Assembly (NCBI GenBank): GCA_963827235.1
Contig: CAWHAE010000012.1
Coordinates: 896,001 to 960,000, forward strand
Source of the DNA: an uncultured bacterium
Lineage (GTDB): Bacteria; Chloroflexota; UBA5177; JANWHV01
Direction of reading: 5' to 3'
DNA: 64,000 bases
The notes under the pieces were generated by a model. That model saw nothing but the letters and a program-made list of their open reading frames with translations, was not told where the DNA came from and did no database searches. Of this stretch, positions 37,761 through 48,419 are shown in pieces (the stretch's first letter is position 1; every line of letters begins with the position of its first letter). Made by a program: the position numbers and the translations under genes.

Positions 37761-39344
37761 TCAGCCGCACCCATGCCGGTTACCCGTGGCCACGAAGAGC
37801 CGGCTGACCGAGTCGTGGTAGACCAGCCTCCACCCCGGCGTGCGCTGGAGCACCGCTGCAATGCCTGCGCCAGGCTCGACCAGCGCATAGCACAGGCGGT
37901 TGGAGGAGAACAGCGACTGCCAGGAGCTGTTCCCCTCCCAGGCCTGGATATAGTGGTCCATGAAGGCGTCGCCGTACATGTCCGGCCGTCCATCGACGTA
38001 AACATGCCGCTCCGGGTACCAGTTCCAGATGAGGAAGCCGCCCCAGTTGTAGTAGTCGAAGCCCCTGAGAGGAACTCTGTGGGTGTCCATATATTGCAGC
38101 GCGCCAACCGGATACATTGTAGCTACCGAGTGCCGTTGGCTGCTGTCGCTCAGCTTCCCGGCGCTCGACACGGCGACGAGCAGCGCGATGGCTGCCACCG
38201 CGATGAGGTTCACGATCGCTCTGCCCTGCGGAGGAGGTCGCACGGCCCGAGTGCGGCTGTAGCTTTCCGGTAGCGCCGCCATGATGAGCTCGGCGATCAC
38301 GGGTGCCGCCAGCACGGCGAACAGGCTGATGTTCCTCACCGACTCGAAGGCCAGATACAGGAAGGGAAGCAGCAGGGCGACGTCGGCCAGACGCGCGCGG
38401 CGCGGCGCGGCCAGGGCTGCGACAAGCAGCAGCAGCACGAGCGCCTCGAAGAGCAGATACTGCCCCTGGTGAAAATCGGGAGACACCCACTCGGCTATGT
38501 AGCGGGTAGAGGCATTGTTACCCAAATAGGACGCAGGATAGAGCGCGCCGGAGAGGCCGTTGGGATTCACCAGCGTGGCCACGGCCGCCAACACCAGAAC
38601 CCGGAAGCATCGCGGCAGGTCTACCACCGAACGCACCGCCCGGGCAAGCATCGTGCCGCCGCCCTGCTCGATCCCTGCACCCAGCGGCCGAAGCAAGTCC
38701 TGCAGCGCATATCCCGCGGTGCCGAGGCACAGCAGGGCGAGGCCAAAGATGAAGCCGCCGTGAAGATTGACCCACGGCACCATCGCCGCCGCCATCCAGT
38801 ACGGCGGGGCGGGCCGCCTCTGCACGACCATGCGCGTGATGCCCAGCCCGAACAGCGCCATCAGCAGCAGAGAGAGTGTCTGCGGCCTCGTGCCCCACGT
38901 GTGCGCGGAGGCCAGCGCGGCCAGCAGCACGATCGCGGCACTCAGATAGGCGGGCGCCCCGCGCTCACGAGCCGTGACATAGACGATGCCGAACGTGACC
39001 GTGGTAACGATAGCCGTGGCGAGCATGAGCAAGCGGAAGCCGCCCAGACACCAGCCGCCATAGAACAGCAGCTCGGTTACCCACTCGTGCGTGATCCAGG
39101 TGTGATTGAGCGCCGTGAGCGAGAAGATGTCGTGATGGGGAATGACCTGGCTGTTCGCCATATAGCGGCCGGTCGCCAGGTGCCACCAAAAATCGGGGTC
39201 GTCGACCGGTTTCAGCGCTACGGCGAAGATCGTCAGCATGCAACAGGCCACGGCAACGCCGCCGAGACCGATGCGCATGAAGGCCAGCCGTTCCCTGCCA
39301 GGCTCTGCCACCCGCTCGGTGGGGTACACGGCGCTCTCGGCCAC
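37761..39344 (-). CDS. Polytopic membrane protein, GT-C-like
   Basis: DDPDFWWHLATGRY, WITHEW, RPQ, WVNLHGGF, IAEW.SP, WGGFLIW, DGRPDMYG. Confidence 0.7.
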   Translation of the reverse strand: MAESAVYPTERVAEPGRERLAFMRIGLGGVAVACCMLTIFAVALKPVDDPDFWWHLATGRYMANSQVIPHHDIFSLTALNHTWITHEWVTELLFYGGWCLGGFRLLMLATAIVTTVTFGIVYVTARERGAPAYLSAAIVLLAALASAHTWGTRPQTLSLLLMALFGLGITRMVVQRRPAPPYWMAAAMVPWVNLHGGFIFGLALLCLGTAGYALQDLLRPLGAGIEQGGGTMLARAVRSVVDLPRCFRVLVLAAVATLVNPNGLSGALYPASYLGNNASTRYIAEWVSPDFHQGQYLLFEALVLLLLVAALAAPRRARLADVALLLPFLYLAFESVRNISLFAVLAAPVIAELIMAALPESYSRTRAVRPPPQGRAIVNLIAVAAIALLVAVSSAGKLSDSSQRHSVATMYPVGALQYMDTHRVPLRGFDYYNWGGFLIWNWYPERHVYVDGRPDMYGDAFMDHYIQAWEGNSSWQSLFSSNRLCYALVEPGAGIAAVLQRTPGWRLVYHDSVSRLFVATGNRHGCG

Positions 39345-39456
39345 GCTATCTCCGGTCGGCCACGTAGTACAGCCATTCGCGGCCAGTGGGCCGCGCTTGG
39401 CTCAGTCTAGTCCCTCGTGGCATGCCCTTCAATAGGTCGAGAGGTCATTATGGCAT

Positions 39457-40542
39457 TCAGGCAGGGCCGGATCCCACGGCGGGCGCCGTGCCTCCGCGGG
39501 CGAGCATGTCCGCCATGAGCGAGGTCGCCTCCTCGGCCCGGTGGCAGGCCACGAAGTGGCCGGGCACCACGTCGCGGAACTCCGGCTCCTCGACGGCGCA
39601 GCGCTCGATCGCCAGCGGGCAGCGCGTGCGGAAACGGCAGCCGCTGGGAGGATTGATCGGGCTGGGCACGTCGCCCTGCAGCACGATGCGGTTCCTGCGC
39701 ACCAGCGGGTCCGGGTTAGGAATAGCGGACAACAGGGCCTTGGTATAGGGGTGCAGCGGATTCTTGTAGAGCTCGTCGCCGGACGCCAGCTCCGCCATCT
39801 TCCCAAGGTACATCACGCCGACCCGGTCGGAGAGGTACTCGACCACCGAGAGATCGTGCGCAATAAACAGGTAGGTGAGCCCAAACTCGTGCTGGAGATC
39901 CTCAAGCAAGTTGAGCACCTGACTCTGCACGCTGACGTCCAGGGCACTCACCGGCTCGTCGCACACAATGAACTTCGGGCGCAATGCCAGGGCGCGCGCC
40001 ACGCCGATGCGCTGCCGCTGCCCGCCGCTGAACTCGTGCGGATACCGGCGCACATACTCCTTGCGCAAGCCCACCACGCTGAGGAAGTACTGCACGGTCT
40101 TCTCGCGCTCCCGCCGATTGTGCATGCCGTGCACGCGCAGGCCCTCCCCGATGATGTCGCCTACCGGCATGCGGGGATTGAGCGAGGAGTACGGGTCCTG
40201 GAAGATGATCTGCATGTCGCGACGCCGGGCCTTCATGGCCGACGAGCTCAGCATGAGGACGTTTTGCCCTTCGAACACGACTTCGCCGCTGGTGGCCTTC
40301 TGCAGGCGCAAGATCGTGCGCCCGGTCGTGGTCTTGCCGCAACCGCTTTCGCCGACCAGCCCGAATGTCTCACCGCGTTTGATATCAAAGGAGACGCCGT
40401 CAACAGCCTTCACTTCGCCGACTCTGCGGCGAAGCACACCGCCCAGAATGGGGAAGTAGGTGCGCAGTTGACGAACGCTCAGCAACACCTCGTCGCTTTC
40501 GCCACTCCTGCGAGTAGCCTCACGTTCGGCAGTCTGCTGCAT
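39457..40542 (-). CDS. Oligopeptide ABC ATPase OppF/DppF
   Basis: [39 protein letters not shown]. Confidence 0.95.
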   Translation of the reverse strand: MQQTAEREATRRSGESDEVLLSVRQLRTYFPILGGVLRRRVGEVKAVDGVSFDIKRGETFGLVGESGCGKTTTGRTILRLQKATSGEVVFEGQNVLMLSSSAMKARRRDMQIIFQDPYSSLNPRMPVGDIIGEGLRVHGMHNRREREKTVQYFLSVVGLRKEYVRRYPHEFSGGQRQRIGVARALALRPKFIVCDEPVSALDVSVQSQVLNLLEDLQHEFGLTYLFIAHDLSVVEYLSDRVGVMYLGKMAELASGDELYKNPLHPYTKALLSAIPNPDPLVRRNRIVLQGDVPSPINPPSGCRFRTRCPLAIERCAVEEPEFRDVVPGHFVACHRAEEATSLMADMLARGGTAPAVGSGPA

Positions 40543-40803
40543 GCTGTTCACCACCCCGGCAATTCGTACAGTGATCTCTATAAATAGATAGCTCTTGCTG
40601 CCGATCGACTGGCAGCGCTCGACTGTTGCCCTACCGCGCCGTAGCGCGTCTGCCCTGAGTAATCGGACGGCAGCGTCGCCACGACTGCGATCGACCGGGC
40701 CGCAGGCGCCGCGGGGCCCAAGCTCTCACCATGGTGTGCCGCCCTGCCATGACCGTGCAGAAACAGGTTGGAACCACGCCATTAGTGTACCAGCCGCGCA
40801 CGC

Positions 40804-41811
40804 TCAGTACAGCCAGCACTTGACCTTGATCCCGCCCTCGACGGTCTTGAGCTCCGGCTCCTTCTCCGTGCAGACCCCCATGACCTGCGAGCATCGAGGG
40901 GCGAACGGGCAGCCCTTGGGCAGGTTGAGCGGGCTTGGCACGGTGCCCGGAATGACGTACAACCGCTGGTTCTTCACGCCGAGGCTCGGAATGGAGCTCA
41001 GCAGGCCCACCGTGTACGGGTGTTTGGGATTCTTGAGCACGCTGATCACGTCGCCCTGCTCCACGACCTTGCCGGTGTACATGACGATGACCTCGTCGGC
41101 CATCTCCGCCACCACGCCGATGTCGTGCGTAATCAGCAGCACGGCGGTGTTCACGCGCGTACGGAGATCCTTGATCAGCTCGAGGATCTGGGCTTGAATG
41201 GTCACGTCGAGCGCGGTGGTCGGCTCGTCCGCGATCAGCAGGCTTGGCTGCAGCGCCAGCGCCATAGCAATCATCACACGCTGCCGCATGCCGCCGCTCA
41301 TGTTGTGCGGATGATCGTGGATGCGCCGCTCGGGCGAGGGGATGCCTACCATGCGGAAGAGCTCGACCACGCGCGCATCGGCCTCCTTCCTGGAGACCTT
41401 TCTGTGCACGCGAATGGCTTCTCCGACCTGATTGCCCACGGTAAAGACGGGGTTGAGGCTGGTCATGGGCTCCTGGAAGATCATGGAGATGCGGTTACCG
41501 CGGATGTGACGCATCTGCTCTTCGGAGAGCTTCACCAGGTCCTTGCCGTCGAACATGATCTGTCCGCCGTCGATCCAGCCGGGCGGGTCGATCAGGCGCA
41601 TGACCGAAAGGCTCGTCACGCTCTTGCCGCATCCCGACTCGCCGACCACGCCGAGGGTCCGGCCAGGAGCGATTGCCATGTCCACGCCGTCCACGGCTTT
41701 GACGACGCCGTCCATCGTCTTGAAGTAGGTCTTCAGCCCGGACACCTCAAGCAGGTTGCCGGAGGCGTCGGAGGCGGCGCTGGATTGCCTGGAATCGATG
41801 CTGACGCTAAT
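40804..41811 (-). CDS. Oligopeptide ABC ATPase OppD/DppD, probable ATT start
   Basis: [24 protein letters not shown]. The conserved LLEVSGL extends upstream of the track's GTG; an SD GAGGAGGT lies 6 nt before ATT at 41811. Confidence 0.93.
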   Translation of the reverse strand: MSVSIDSRQSSAASDASGNLLEVSGLKTYFKTMDGVVKAVDGVDMAIAPGRTLGVVGESGCGKSVTSLSVMRLIDPPGWIDGGQIMFDGKDLVKLSEEQMRHIRGNRISMIFQEPMTSLNPVFTVGNQVGEAIRVHRKVSRKEADARVVELFRMVGIPSPERRIHDHPHNMSGGMRQRVMIAMALALQPSLLIADEPTTALDVTIQAQILELIKDLRTRVNTAVLLITHDIGVVAEMADEVIVMYTGKVVEQGDVISVLKNPKHPYTVGLLSSIPSLGVKNQRLYVIPGTVPSPLNLPKGCPFAPRCSQVMGVCTEKEPELKTVEGGIKVKCWLY

Positions 41812-41873
41812 CGGAGAACCTCCTCGATCGACTTGAGTTTACATAATTCTAACAGACCGCACTCTGTGGCGCG

Positions 41874-42899
41874 CTAGGCCTTCATTCTCACGTCAAGCGC
41901 GTCGCTGAGACCGTCGCCGACGAAGTTCACGGCGACGACAGTGAGCACCAGAAACACGCCCGGGAAAATGGTAACCCACGGCGCCCCGGCAATACCCATG
42001 GGATCGTTCTCTGCAAATGAGAGTACCGAGCCCCAACTGGTGTCGGGATACTGCAAGCCAACCCCTAAATAATCGATCGCCGCCTCGGTGATGATGTTGC
42101 TGGCCACCGCCAGCGTAGCTGCCACGAGAATGGGACGGAGCGCGTTCGGCAGCATGTGCCTGAACATGATTCGGAGATCGGAGACGCCGACCGCGCGCGC
42201 CGCCTCGGTGTACTCGGCGGTACGCAGGGTCAGGAACGAGGCACGGAGCAACCGGGCGATGAACGCCCACTCGAAGAAGGCGAGAATGCCGATCACCAAC
42301 AGCACTGAGGTGTGGCCATGCCCGATGACCGACGCCGCCACCAAGAGCACGGGCAGGAAGGGCAGGGCGAGGAAGATGTCGACCAGTCGCATCAGCAGAC
42401 TGTCCACCCAGCTTCCGAAATAACCGGCGATCGCACCCACAACGACGCCGATCAGCGCGGCGATGATGGCGGCAGTGAAACCGATCAGCAGCGAGTAACG
42501 CGCACCCCACATGATCTGGGCGGAGATACTGTGTCCGTTGAAGTCGGTGCCCATAGCGTAGCGCAGGCCTTGAGACAGCGTGGGCGCTGCATCGTTGAGG
42601 GTGAGATCGGCAGAGTTCGGGTCGTAGATGTTCTCCGGCGCAAACCATGGTGCCGTGATCGCCATCAGCGTCATGAACACGAGGATGCCCGTGCCGACCA
42701 TCGCCAGGCGGTGCTTGCGAAAGCGCATCCAAGCCAACTGCAGCTGGGTAAGCTGCTTGGTCTCGATGCGCTCGAGCCGCGACTGCTCGAGCTGGGCGGC
42801 GCTAGGCGTGGGTACCGGCGCACCCAGCACTTCAGGCGCCTCCGTCTCGCGTACAGTCATCGTCTCTCTCCCCGGGGTTGAGCCGTTTAGTCTCGCCAT
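41874..42899 (-). CDS. ABC permease OppC/DppC
   Basis: RFRKHRLA, MGTD, GARYSL, EAARAVG, HMLPN, GDGLSDALD. Start may be 42860. Confidence 0.93.
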   Translation of the reverse strand: MARLNGSTPGRETMTVRETEAPEVLGAPVPTPSAAQLEQSRLERIETKQLTQLQLAWMRFRKHRLAMVGTGILVFMTLMAITAPWFAPENIYDPNSADLTLNDAAPTLSQGLRYAMGTDFNGHSISAQIMWGARYSLLIGFTAAIIAALIGVVVGAIAGYFGSWVDSLLMRLVDIFLALPFLPVLLVAASVIGHGHTSVLLVIGILAFFEWAFIARLLRASFLTLRTAEYTEAARAVGVSDLRIMFRHMLPNALRPILVAATLAVASNIITEAAIDYLGVGLQYPDTSWGSVLSFAENDPMGIAGAPWVTIFPGVFLVLTVVAVNFVGDGLSDALDVRMKA

Positions 42900-42903
42900 G
42901 GCA

Positions 42904-43917
42904 TTAATCGTATCGGATACGCGGATCGACCCACGCGTAGGTGAGGTCGCCGAGCAGATTCCCCACCAACACGCCAAGGGCTGTGATCATCAAGAGCGCT
43001 TGAAGGAGCGGGTAGTCTGACGAGCCGAGGGCCTCGTAGAATAGCCTCCCCATGCCGGGCCAGGCGAATATCGTCTCCGTGATGATCGCGCCGCCGACAA
43101 GGCCCGGCAGGTTGATGGCGATATTGGTGATCACCGGCAGCAAGGCATTGCGCAGCGCGTGTTTGAGGACGACGGTGCGCCGCTTCAACCCCTTGGCGCG
43201 TGCCGTGCGGATGTAGTCCTGGTTGATCACCTCGAGCATGCTGGCGCGCATGAACCTGCTGTCGTTGGCGACCTGGATGATAGCGAGCACGGCCGCGGGC
43301 AGGGCCAGGTGGCGCAAGAGATCGAGGCTCGCGTGCTCGGGGTGACCGAAGAAGTACGACCAGTAGCCCGGGCCGTTGAAGGTGGGAATGTTCGCCGTGT
43401 CGCCCACGATGCCACCGGCGGGTAGCCAGCCGGCCCAGACGGCGAAGACGAGGATCAGGATGCCGGAGAGCCAGAAGGTCGGCATAGACAGACCGATGTA
43501 GCTCAGGACCGTGAAAAGCGTGTCGAAGAACGAATAACGACGGAGGGCGGCAAAGATGCCCAGCGGCAGCGCAATACACTCGGCGATCAGATAGGCAAGT
43601 CCGCCCAGGACCAGCGTGGCGGGCAGTCGCTCGACTATCTCCTGCGAGACCGAGCGGCCCTGGCCGATGCTCAGTCCGAAATCCCCGTGGGCCACGTTGC
43701 CCGCCCACGTGAGGTACTGCACCGGCAGCGGCTTATCGAGGCCGAGATGCACGATGCAGCCGTGGTAGCGTTCCTGCTGGGCAACGGTCGCGCCGACCGT
43801 CTGCAACGAGTTGCAAGGTCCGCCGGGCGCGATATGCAGCAGCACAAAGAAGAAGATCGATAACCCGAACAATATCAAGAGGGTCTGGAGAAGGCGTCTG
43901 GCGACGAACGTACCCAT
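42904..43917 (-). CDS. ABC permease OppB/DppB
   Basis: GLDKPL..QY, DYIRTARAKGL, HALRNA, WVDPRI. Confidence 0.94.
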   Translation of the reverse strand: MGTFVARRLLQTLLILFGLSIFFFVLLHIAPGGPCNSLQTVGATVAQQERYHGCIVHLGLDKPLPVQYLTWAGNVAHGDFGLSIGQGRSVSQEIVERLPATLVLGGLAYLIAECIALPLGIFAALRRYSFFDTLFTVLSYIGLSMPTFWLSGILILVFAVWAGWLPAGGIVGDTANIPTFNGPGYWSYFFGHPEHASLDLLRHLALPAAVLAIIQVANDSRFMRASMLEVINQDYIRTARAKGLKRRTVVLKHALRNALLPVITNIAINLPGLVGGAIITETIFAWPGMGRLFYEALGSSDYPLLQALLMITALGVLVGNLLGDLTYAWVDPRIRYD

Positions 43918-44097
43918 CGATTCCCGTTTCCTAAGTCCAGCTCAGTGCCGTCCGTGAGCTACGCGGCCAGCCGCCGTTTCCTGCAGCATTCTCGGCACGT
44001 CCACCGCGCGATTTGCCGCCGTTCAGCATACCGGTCGAGCACGAGGGTGTACCCGGTTTTACAAAAAGCATACATACCATTATGACAAAATGCTTGA

Positions 44098-44127
44098 CGG
44101 CAAGGGGGCGGGTCCGCCCCCTTGCCG
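44098..44127 (-). terminator. Hairpin after the oppA-like gene
   Basis: 13-bp stem CGGCAAGGGGGCG-ggtc-CGCCCCCTTGCCG. Confidence 0.75.
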
Positions 44128-44145
44128 CGAAGAAAGGCCGGTTGA

Positions 44146-45999
44146 CTAGGATACCAGGGCCTTTTGGCTGCCCGTGGGATCGTACCACCACTGGTAGGCG
44201 TTCCACTCGTTGCCGGCCTGCGTCGAATTCGGCTTGAAGTTGCCGATCGTGCCCTTGTAGGCAATGATGTTGGGCCGGTTGAAGAGCGAGATGTTGTAGC
44301 CCTGCGTGATCATGTAGTTCTGGTAGTTGGCGTAGTCCGCCTTCCGCTTGGCGTCGTCCAGGGTGGTTCGCGCGTCCATGAAGAACTGCACGAGCTTGGG
44401 ATCCTGTACCTGGATGTAGTTGACCCCGCCCGGAGTCGAGGCGTTGGCGATCTGGGTGGGCAGGAAGTTCTGCACGGCTTGGTCGGGGTCGGGGCTGGTG
44501 CTGAAGGCAAACTCCGCGATGTCGAACGTGTGCCGCGAGAGGATGCCGCCGTCCTGGTAGCTATCGAACAGACCGTTGCCGTTGCTGCCGTAGGAAGGCA
44601 CGTACCGGATCTTGATCGAGATGCCGGCCTGGCCCCAGACGCGCTGCAGGAGCTGGGCGCTGCGAATGCGCGTGGCATTGTTCGTCGTGGTCAGCGTCAG
44701 CTCGAGATGCCTGCCGCCGCCGCTCAGAGACGTAGCGTAGCCGGCGGACGCCAGCAGAGACGCCGCCTTCGCCGAGTCGTACGGGTTGGCCGGTAGCTGG
44801 CTGTTGATCGACCAGGGCGAGACGGCCGGAAGCGGAGAGGTCAGCGCGATGTCCTTCCAGTTCACCGCCGGGAACAAGGCGCTGAGATAGGCCTGCTTGT
44901 TGAGCGAGTAGTAGATGGCCTGGCGCACGCGCACGTCTCGCAAAGCCGGGTTGCCCGGCGCCGCCTCGTTGAGCTCGAGATGCTCGTACTCGAGGGCCGG
45001 CGTGAGCGAGATGTGATACTTGGACTTGTCAAGGCTGGCCACGTCGATGAGCTGGAAGTCCTCGGCCTTGTCGAGTGAGCTGTAGGTGTCGCTGGCCTGC
45101 AGGGCCTGGGTGAGGGCGGTCTCGCTCGAGGAGACGGCGACGAATTGCAGCTTCGCCAGCCGCGGATGGCTCGGGTCGGCAGGCAGAATGTTGTAGTAAG
45201 GGTTGGGCACCAGCGTGATGCGCTGGTCCTGGGTCCACTCACTCAGCATATAGGCGCCGTTGAACACGTCCTTGGGCGAGATGTAGCTGTCGTTCAGCCA
45301 GCTATTGATCAGCTTCTGGAACGACGAGCCCTTGTAGGCGCTGGAGGCGAAGTAGGCCTTGACAGCGTCGTACGTATAGTTGTTCAGCAGACTGGTGGGG
45401 AACTCGCCGCCGTACTTGGACTGGAAGTAATGCACGGGCACAGGCGTGGTATTGTTGGGCAGGCCCGGCTGAGCGTATGAGATGGCCGGGGCGTAGATCC
45501 CGTAGAAGGTCAGCACCATGTCGTCGCCCGAGAAGGTAATCGACTTGATACGACTGTACGGGTCGATCTGATTCACTTCCGGAGCCAGGTCCAGCAGCAG
45601 CGGAGCGATCAAGTCCTGGTGCGTGATCGCCTGGCCGTCGGACCACTTCAGGTTCGGCTTGAGCACGTAGGTGACGACTTCGTTGCCGCCCACGACCTTG
45701 ATTCCGCCATTGGCCGTGGTCGGCACCTGGGTCACCATGTCGGCGTAGAAGTTGCCTTTTGCGTCGAGGCCGACGTACCCGTCGGAGATTGCGCCAATCA
45801 GCTCGGCGTCGGCCACCGATGCCGCCTGATTGCCGCCCAGGTTAGTCTGAGCCGGGAATTGCCAGTCCGTGACTGCAATCGTGCCGGAGTAGCTGGCCCT
45901 GGCCGCCGCGGCGTGAGCCGAGCTGATCGGCAGCGTGGTGGCGACAGTTCCGAGCAGGACGAGCGCCGTCGCCGAAACTGCCAGTTTTCTGTGTAGCAT
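44146..45999 (-). CDS. ABC family-5 peptide-binding protein (OppA-like)
   Basis: Signal peptide; VPTTANGG, LKWSDG, GAY.L.EW, EHLELN, L.DVRVRQAI, WNAYQWW. Confidence 0.9.
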   Translation of the reverse strand: MLHRKLAVSATALVLLGTVATTLPISSAHAAAARASYSGTIAVTDWQFPAQTNLGGNQAASVADAELIGAISDGYVGLDAKGNFYADMVTQVPTTANGGIKVVGGNEVVTYVLKPNLKWSDGQAITHQDLIAPLLLDLAPEVNQIDPYSRIKSITFSGDDMVLTFYGIYAPAISYAQPGLPNNTTPVPVHYFQSKYGGEFPTSLLNNYTYDAVKAYFASSAYKGSSFQKLINSWLNDSYISPKDVFNGAYMLSEWTQDQRITLVPNPYYNILPADPSHPRLAKLQFVAVSSSETALTQALQASDTYSSLDKAEDFQLIDVASLDKSKYHISLTPALEYEHLELNEAAPGNPALRDVRVRQAIYYSLNKQAYLSALFPAVNWKDIALTSPLPAVSPWSINSQLPANPYDSAKAASLLASAGYATSLSGGGRHLELTLTTTNNATRIRSAQLLQRVWGQAGISIKIRYVPSYGSNGNGLFDSYQDGGILSRHTFDIAEFAFSTSPDPDQAVQNFLPTQIANASTPGGVNYIQVQDPKLVQFFMDARTTLDDAKRKADYANYQNYMITQGYNISLFNRPNIIAYKGTIGNFKPNSTQAGNEWNAYQWWYDPTGSQKALVS

Positions 46000-46085
46000 C
46001 GAGTCTCCCTCTTCCGTATGTGAAAGCCATGTACGTCTACCCGGGCGCTCGAGATGTGAACGTCCCAGAAGCGCCCGAGCCCTAG

Positions 46086-46709
46086 TTACAGGGGCAGCGG
46101 TCCATTGCTCCCCACGTATTGTCCCCGCCCGGCATCACCCCCTTTCGATAGATCCGTTCCCCGGCTCAACGCCTCGTCGACCAGTCTCGGCGGCAGCAGC
46201 ACGGCACCCACCTGGCTCAACGGCACCGCCGAATCGAGATCATATGCCACCTCCGAGACGAGCGTTGCAGGCACGACATGGCCACGAATACGCGCATATC
46301 TGGCCGGATGCTGGGGCGAGCACGATGTGCAGTGCGCCGGTACGTGCGTTGCAACGCCGGCCGGGCCATGCCGATCCAGGCTCGCGCTCGGCAGGCCGCC
46401 ATGGGTCAGGGCCACCAGAGCCACTGCCAGCGCGGCTGCGCCAACGCTGAGCCGGCCTATCACGGTAGCCAGCCGCGGAATACCGCGAGATCTGCGATAG
46501 GCCTGTGCGACCCGCGCGCTCAGGTCGGGTGGCACCCAGCGATCGTCCAATGCCGACTGAATGAGGTGCCGAGTACTCCGGTAATCCGCCAGCACGGACT
46601 GGCATCTGCCGCAGGTCGCCAGGTGCAGCTCAAGGAATTCGCTCTGCGCCGGTACAGTCTCTCCGTCAGCGTAGGCGGAGAGAAGCTCATCGAATTGCGT
46701 GCAGCCCAC
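46086..46709 (-). CDS. Zinc-binding anti-sigma factor (zf-HC2) with one TM
   Basis: C...ELLSAYADGE.....HLATCGRC (HxxxCxxC); overlaps the sigma gene end. Confidence 0.85.
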   Translation of the reverse strand: MGCTQFDELLSAYADGETVPAQSEFLELHLATCGRCQSVLADYRSTRHLIQSALDDRWVPPDLSARVAQAYRRSRGIPRLATVIGRLSVGAAALAVALVALTHGGLPSASLDRHGPAGVATHVPAHCTSCSPQHPARYARIRGHVVPATLVSEVAYDLDSAVPLSQVGAVLLPPRLVDEALSRGTDLSKGGDAGRGQYVGSNGPLPL

Positions 46710-47262
46710 CGAGCTTGGCCTCCGTTCGAGCCGATTCGTAGTGAGCTCGAAACTGTTCTTTCGCCCTGGCAATACGCTTCCGGGCACCCTCGGGCGTGGT
46801 GCCCACGATCTCCGCCACTTCGGCGTAGCTGAAACCTTCCTTGACGTGCAGGAGAAGGCAAGCCGCCCGGTCGCGCGGCAACCGGAATAGTGCCTGCTGC
46901 ACGAGCTCACGCTCCATGACCTGGTCGTCCGGCGCCAGAGACGCGGCGCAGATACTGTTCTCGTAATCGGACAGGCGGTGCAGGTGCAGACGCCCATTCC
47001 TCTTGCGCGCCCGAACGGCGAGGTGCGTGGCGATCCTGTACAGCCACGCACTGAGGGCAAGCTCCGACCGGAGAGAATGGATGCCTCGCAGGGCATTCAC
47101 GAACGTGTCCTGCGTGAGGTCGAGGGCCAACTCCGGGTCGTCGACCAGGCGGTTGATGTAGCGGACTATGCGTCCCTGGTATTCGCGAACTATGGCGTCA
47201 AACGGCTCGCACCGCGCCTCCGCTACCGCCCAGCCTGTGTCGGTGACCTCCGAGTTGACCAT
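46687..47262 (-). CDS. ECF RNA polymerase sigma factor
   Basis: DLTQDTF, WLYRIAT, EGFSYAEVAEIVG....RKRIARAK. Confidence 0.92.
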   Translation of the reverse strand: MVNSEVTDTGWAVAEARCEPFDAIVREYQGRIVRYINRLVDDPELALDLTQDTFVNALRGIHSLRSELALSAWLYRIATHLAVRARKRNGRLHLHRLSDYENSICAASLAPDDQVMERELVQQALFRLPRDRAACLLLHVKEGFSYAEVAEIVGTTPEGARKRIARAKEQFRAHYESARTEAKLGGLHAIR

Positions 47263-47414
47263 CTCCCACCTCGTGAACCTGAAGCCCCCGTATAGAAATA
47301 AGAGTCACTTGCCTGCCCGATCCGGACACCGCGTAGTAAACTTGACCCGGACCATTCGGCAGCAGACCGATCCATGCGCCGGCGTCGCGGTTCATTCGAG
47401 CGCGAAGACTGGGA

Positions 47415-48419
47415 TCAGCGCGATCTTTTCTGCGTCGCGGCGTATCGGTATGGGCGTTGCAGGCGCTGGCCTGCAGGGGGTGTCCGCCGGAGTACGCGCG
47501 CCACTGCAAATGCCACCACAGCCAGCACGACCGCTATTACAAGAACAGCGCTTACCACCGACCGGATTGTCGACGACGTGCTGTTGTTGTCTGCCTGGTG
47601 CAGGATGTCGCGGCCGATGCCCAGGGCGAGCATACCGGGCCTCGCCAGGCCAGTGGACTTGATCTGCCGGGTGACGATAGCGGCAATCACGCTGCTATCC
47701 AGTCTGTTGCTGGCAGCGGCAGCCTGCCCGGGAGTGACGACCACCACAATGCCACGCTGCAGATCGAGACGGTTGAGCAGATCTTGCGCATAGTCGGCCA
47801 GTCGAGCGTATGGCGCCGGTGTAGCGTCCAGAAACACGATCTTGGCTATGGTATTCGACTGGTTCGTCGCGTCGTCGGCGAACTGCACGATCTGGCCCTG
47901 ATCGGCCAGGCTCACCGACGAGACGAAGCCCGGTGCCACGTAGTATGCCTGCTCAGGATCCTGAAAGACGGAAAACGCCGATCGCGCTTCCTGCTGCGCT
48001 TGCTGCGCAGGGGACGTCTGGACGGTACCGGCCGTCATCGTCGCGTTCTTCATCCCCGAAGGCGGGCCCACGTCGTAGCCGCCTGCCTGCTCGATCGCTT
48101 CCAAGTTCTTCACCGCCGCCGGGTGTGTCGCGCTGAACGCCGAATCCGAAAGCGCCTTTGCCACTGCCCATTCGGCAAAACCCAACTGCTTGGTCTGCTT
48201 GAACGCCAGGCCCAGCTCGTAGTAGGTGCCGGGGTCGTTATGCCCGCGCAAGATGGCCTGCTCGTAGTCGGCCACCGCGTCGCGGTAGTCGCCGTGCCTT
48301 TCCGCCGCTTGCGCCTGGGTGTAATAGGCAGCGCCGATCGCCGCGGCCCGCACGGAGCCCGCCGGCACCCCGGCAGCAAACAACCCGACGACGAGCAGCA
48401 CCGCCCAGACTGCCCACAT
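47415..48419 (-). CDS. Exported TPR protein with a TPM-like domain and C-terminal TM
   Basis: Signal peptide; TPR GDY..AV..YEQAI...YYELGLAF; YAQDLLNRLDL..GIVVVVT; C-terminal TM with a basic tail. Confidence 0.65.
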   Translation of the reverse strand: MWAVWAVLLVVGLFAAGVPAGSVRAAAIGAAYYTQAQAAERHGDYRDAVADYEQAILRGHNDPGTYYELGLAFKQTKQLGFAEWAVAKALSDSAFSATHPAAVKNLEAIEQAGGYDVGPPSGMKNATMTAGTVQTSPAQQAQQEARSAFSVFQDPEQAYYVAPGFVSSVSLADQGQIVQFADDATNQSNTIAKIVFLDATPAPYARLADYAQDLLNRLDLQRGIVVVVTPGQAAAASNRLDSSVIAAIVTRQIKSTGLARPGMLALGIGRDILHQADNNSTSSTIRSVVSAVLVIAVVLAVVAFAVARVLRRTPPAGQRLQRPYRYAATQKRSR

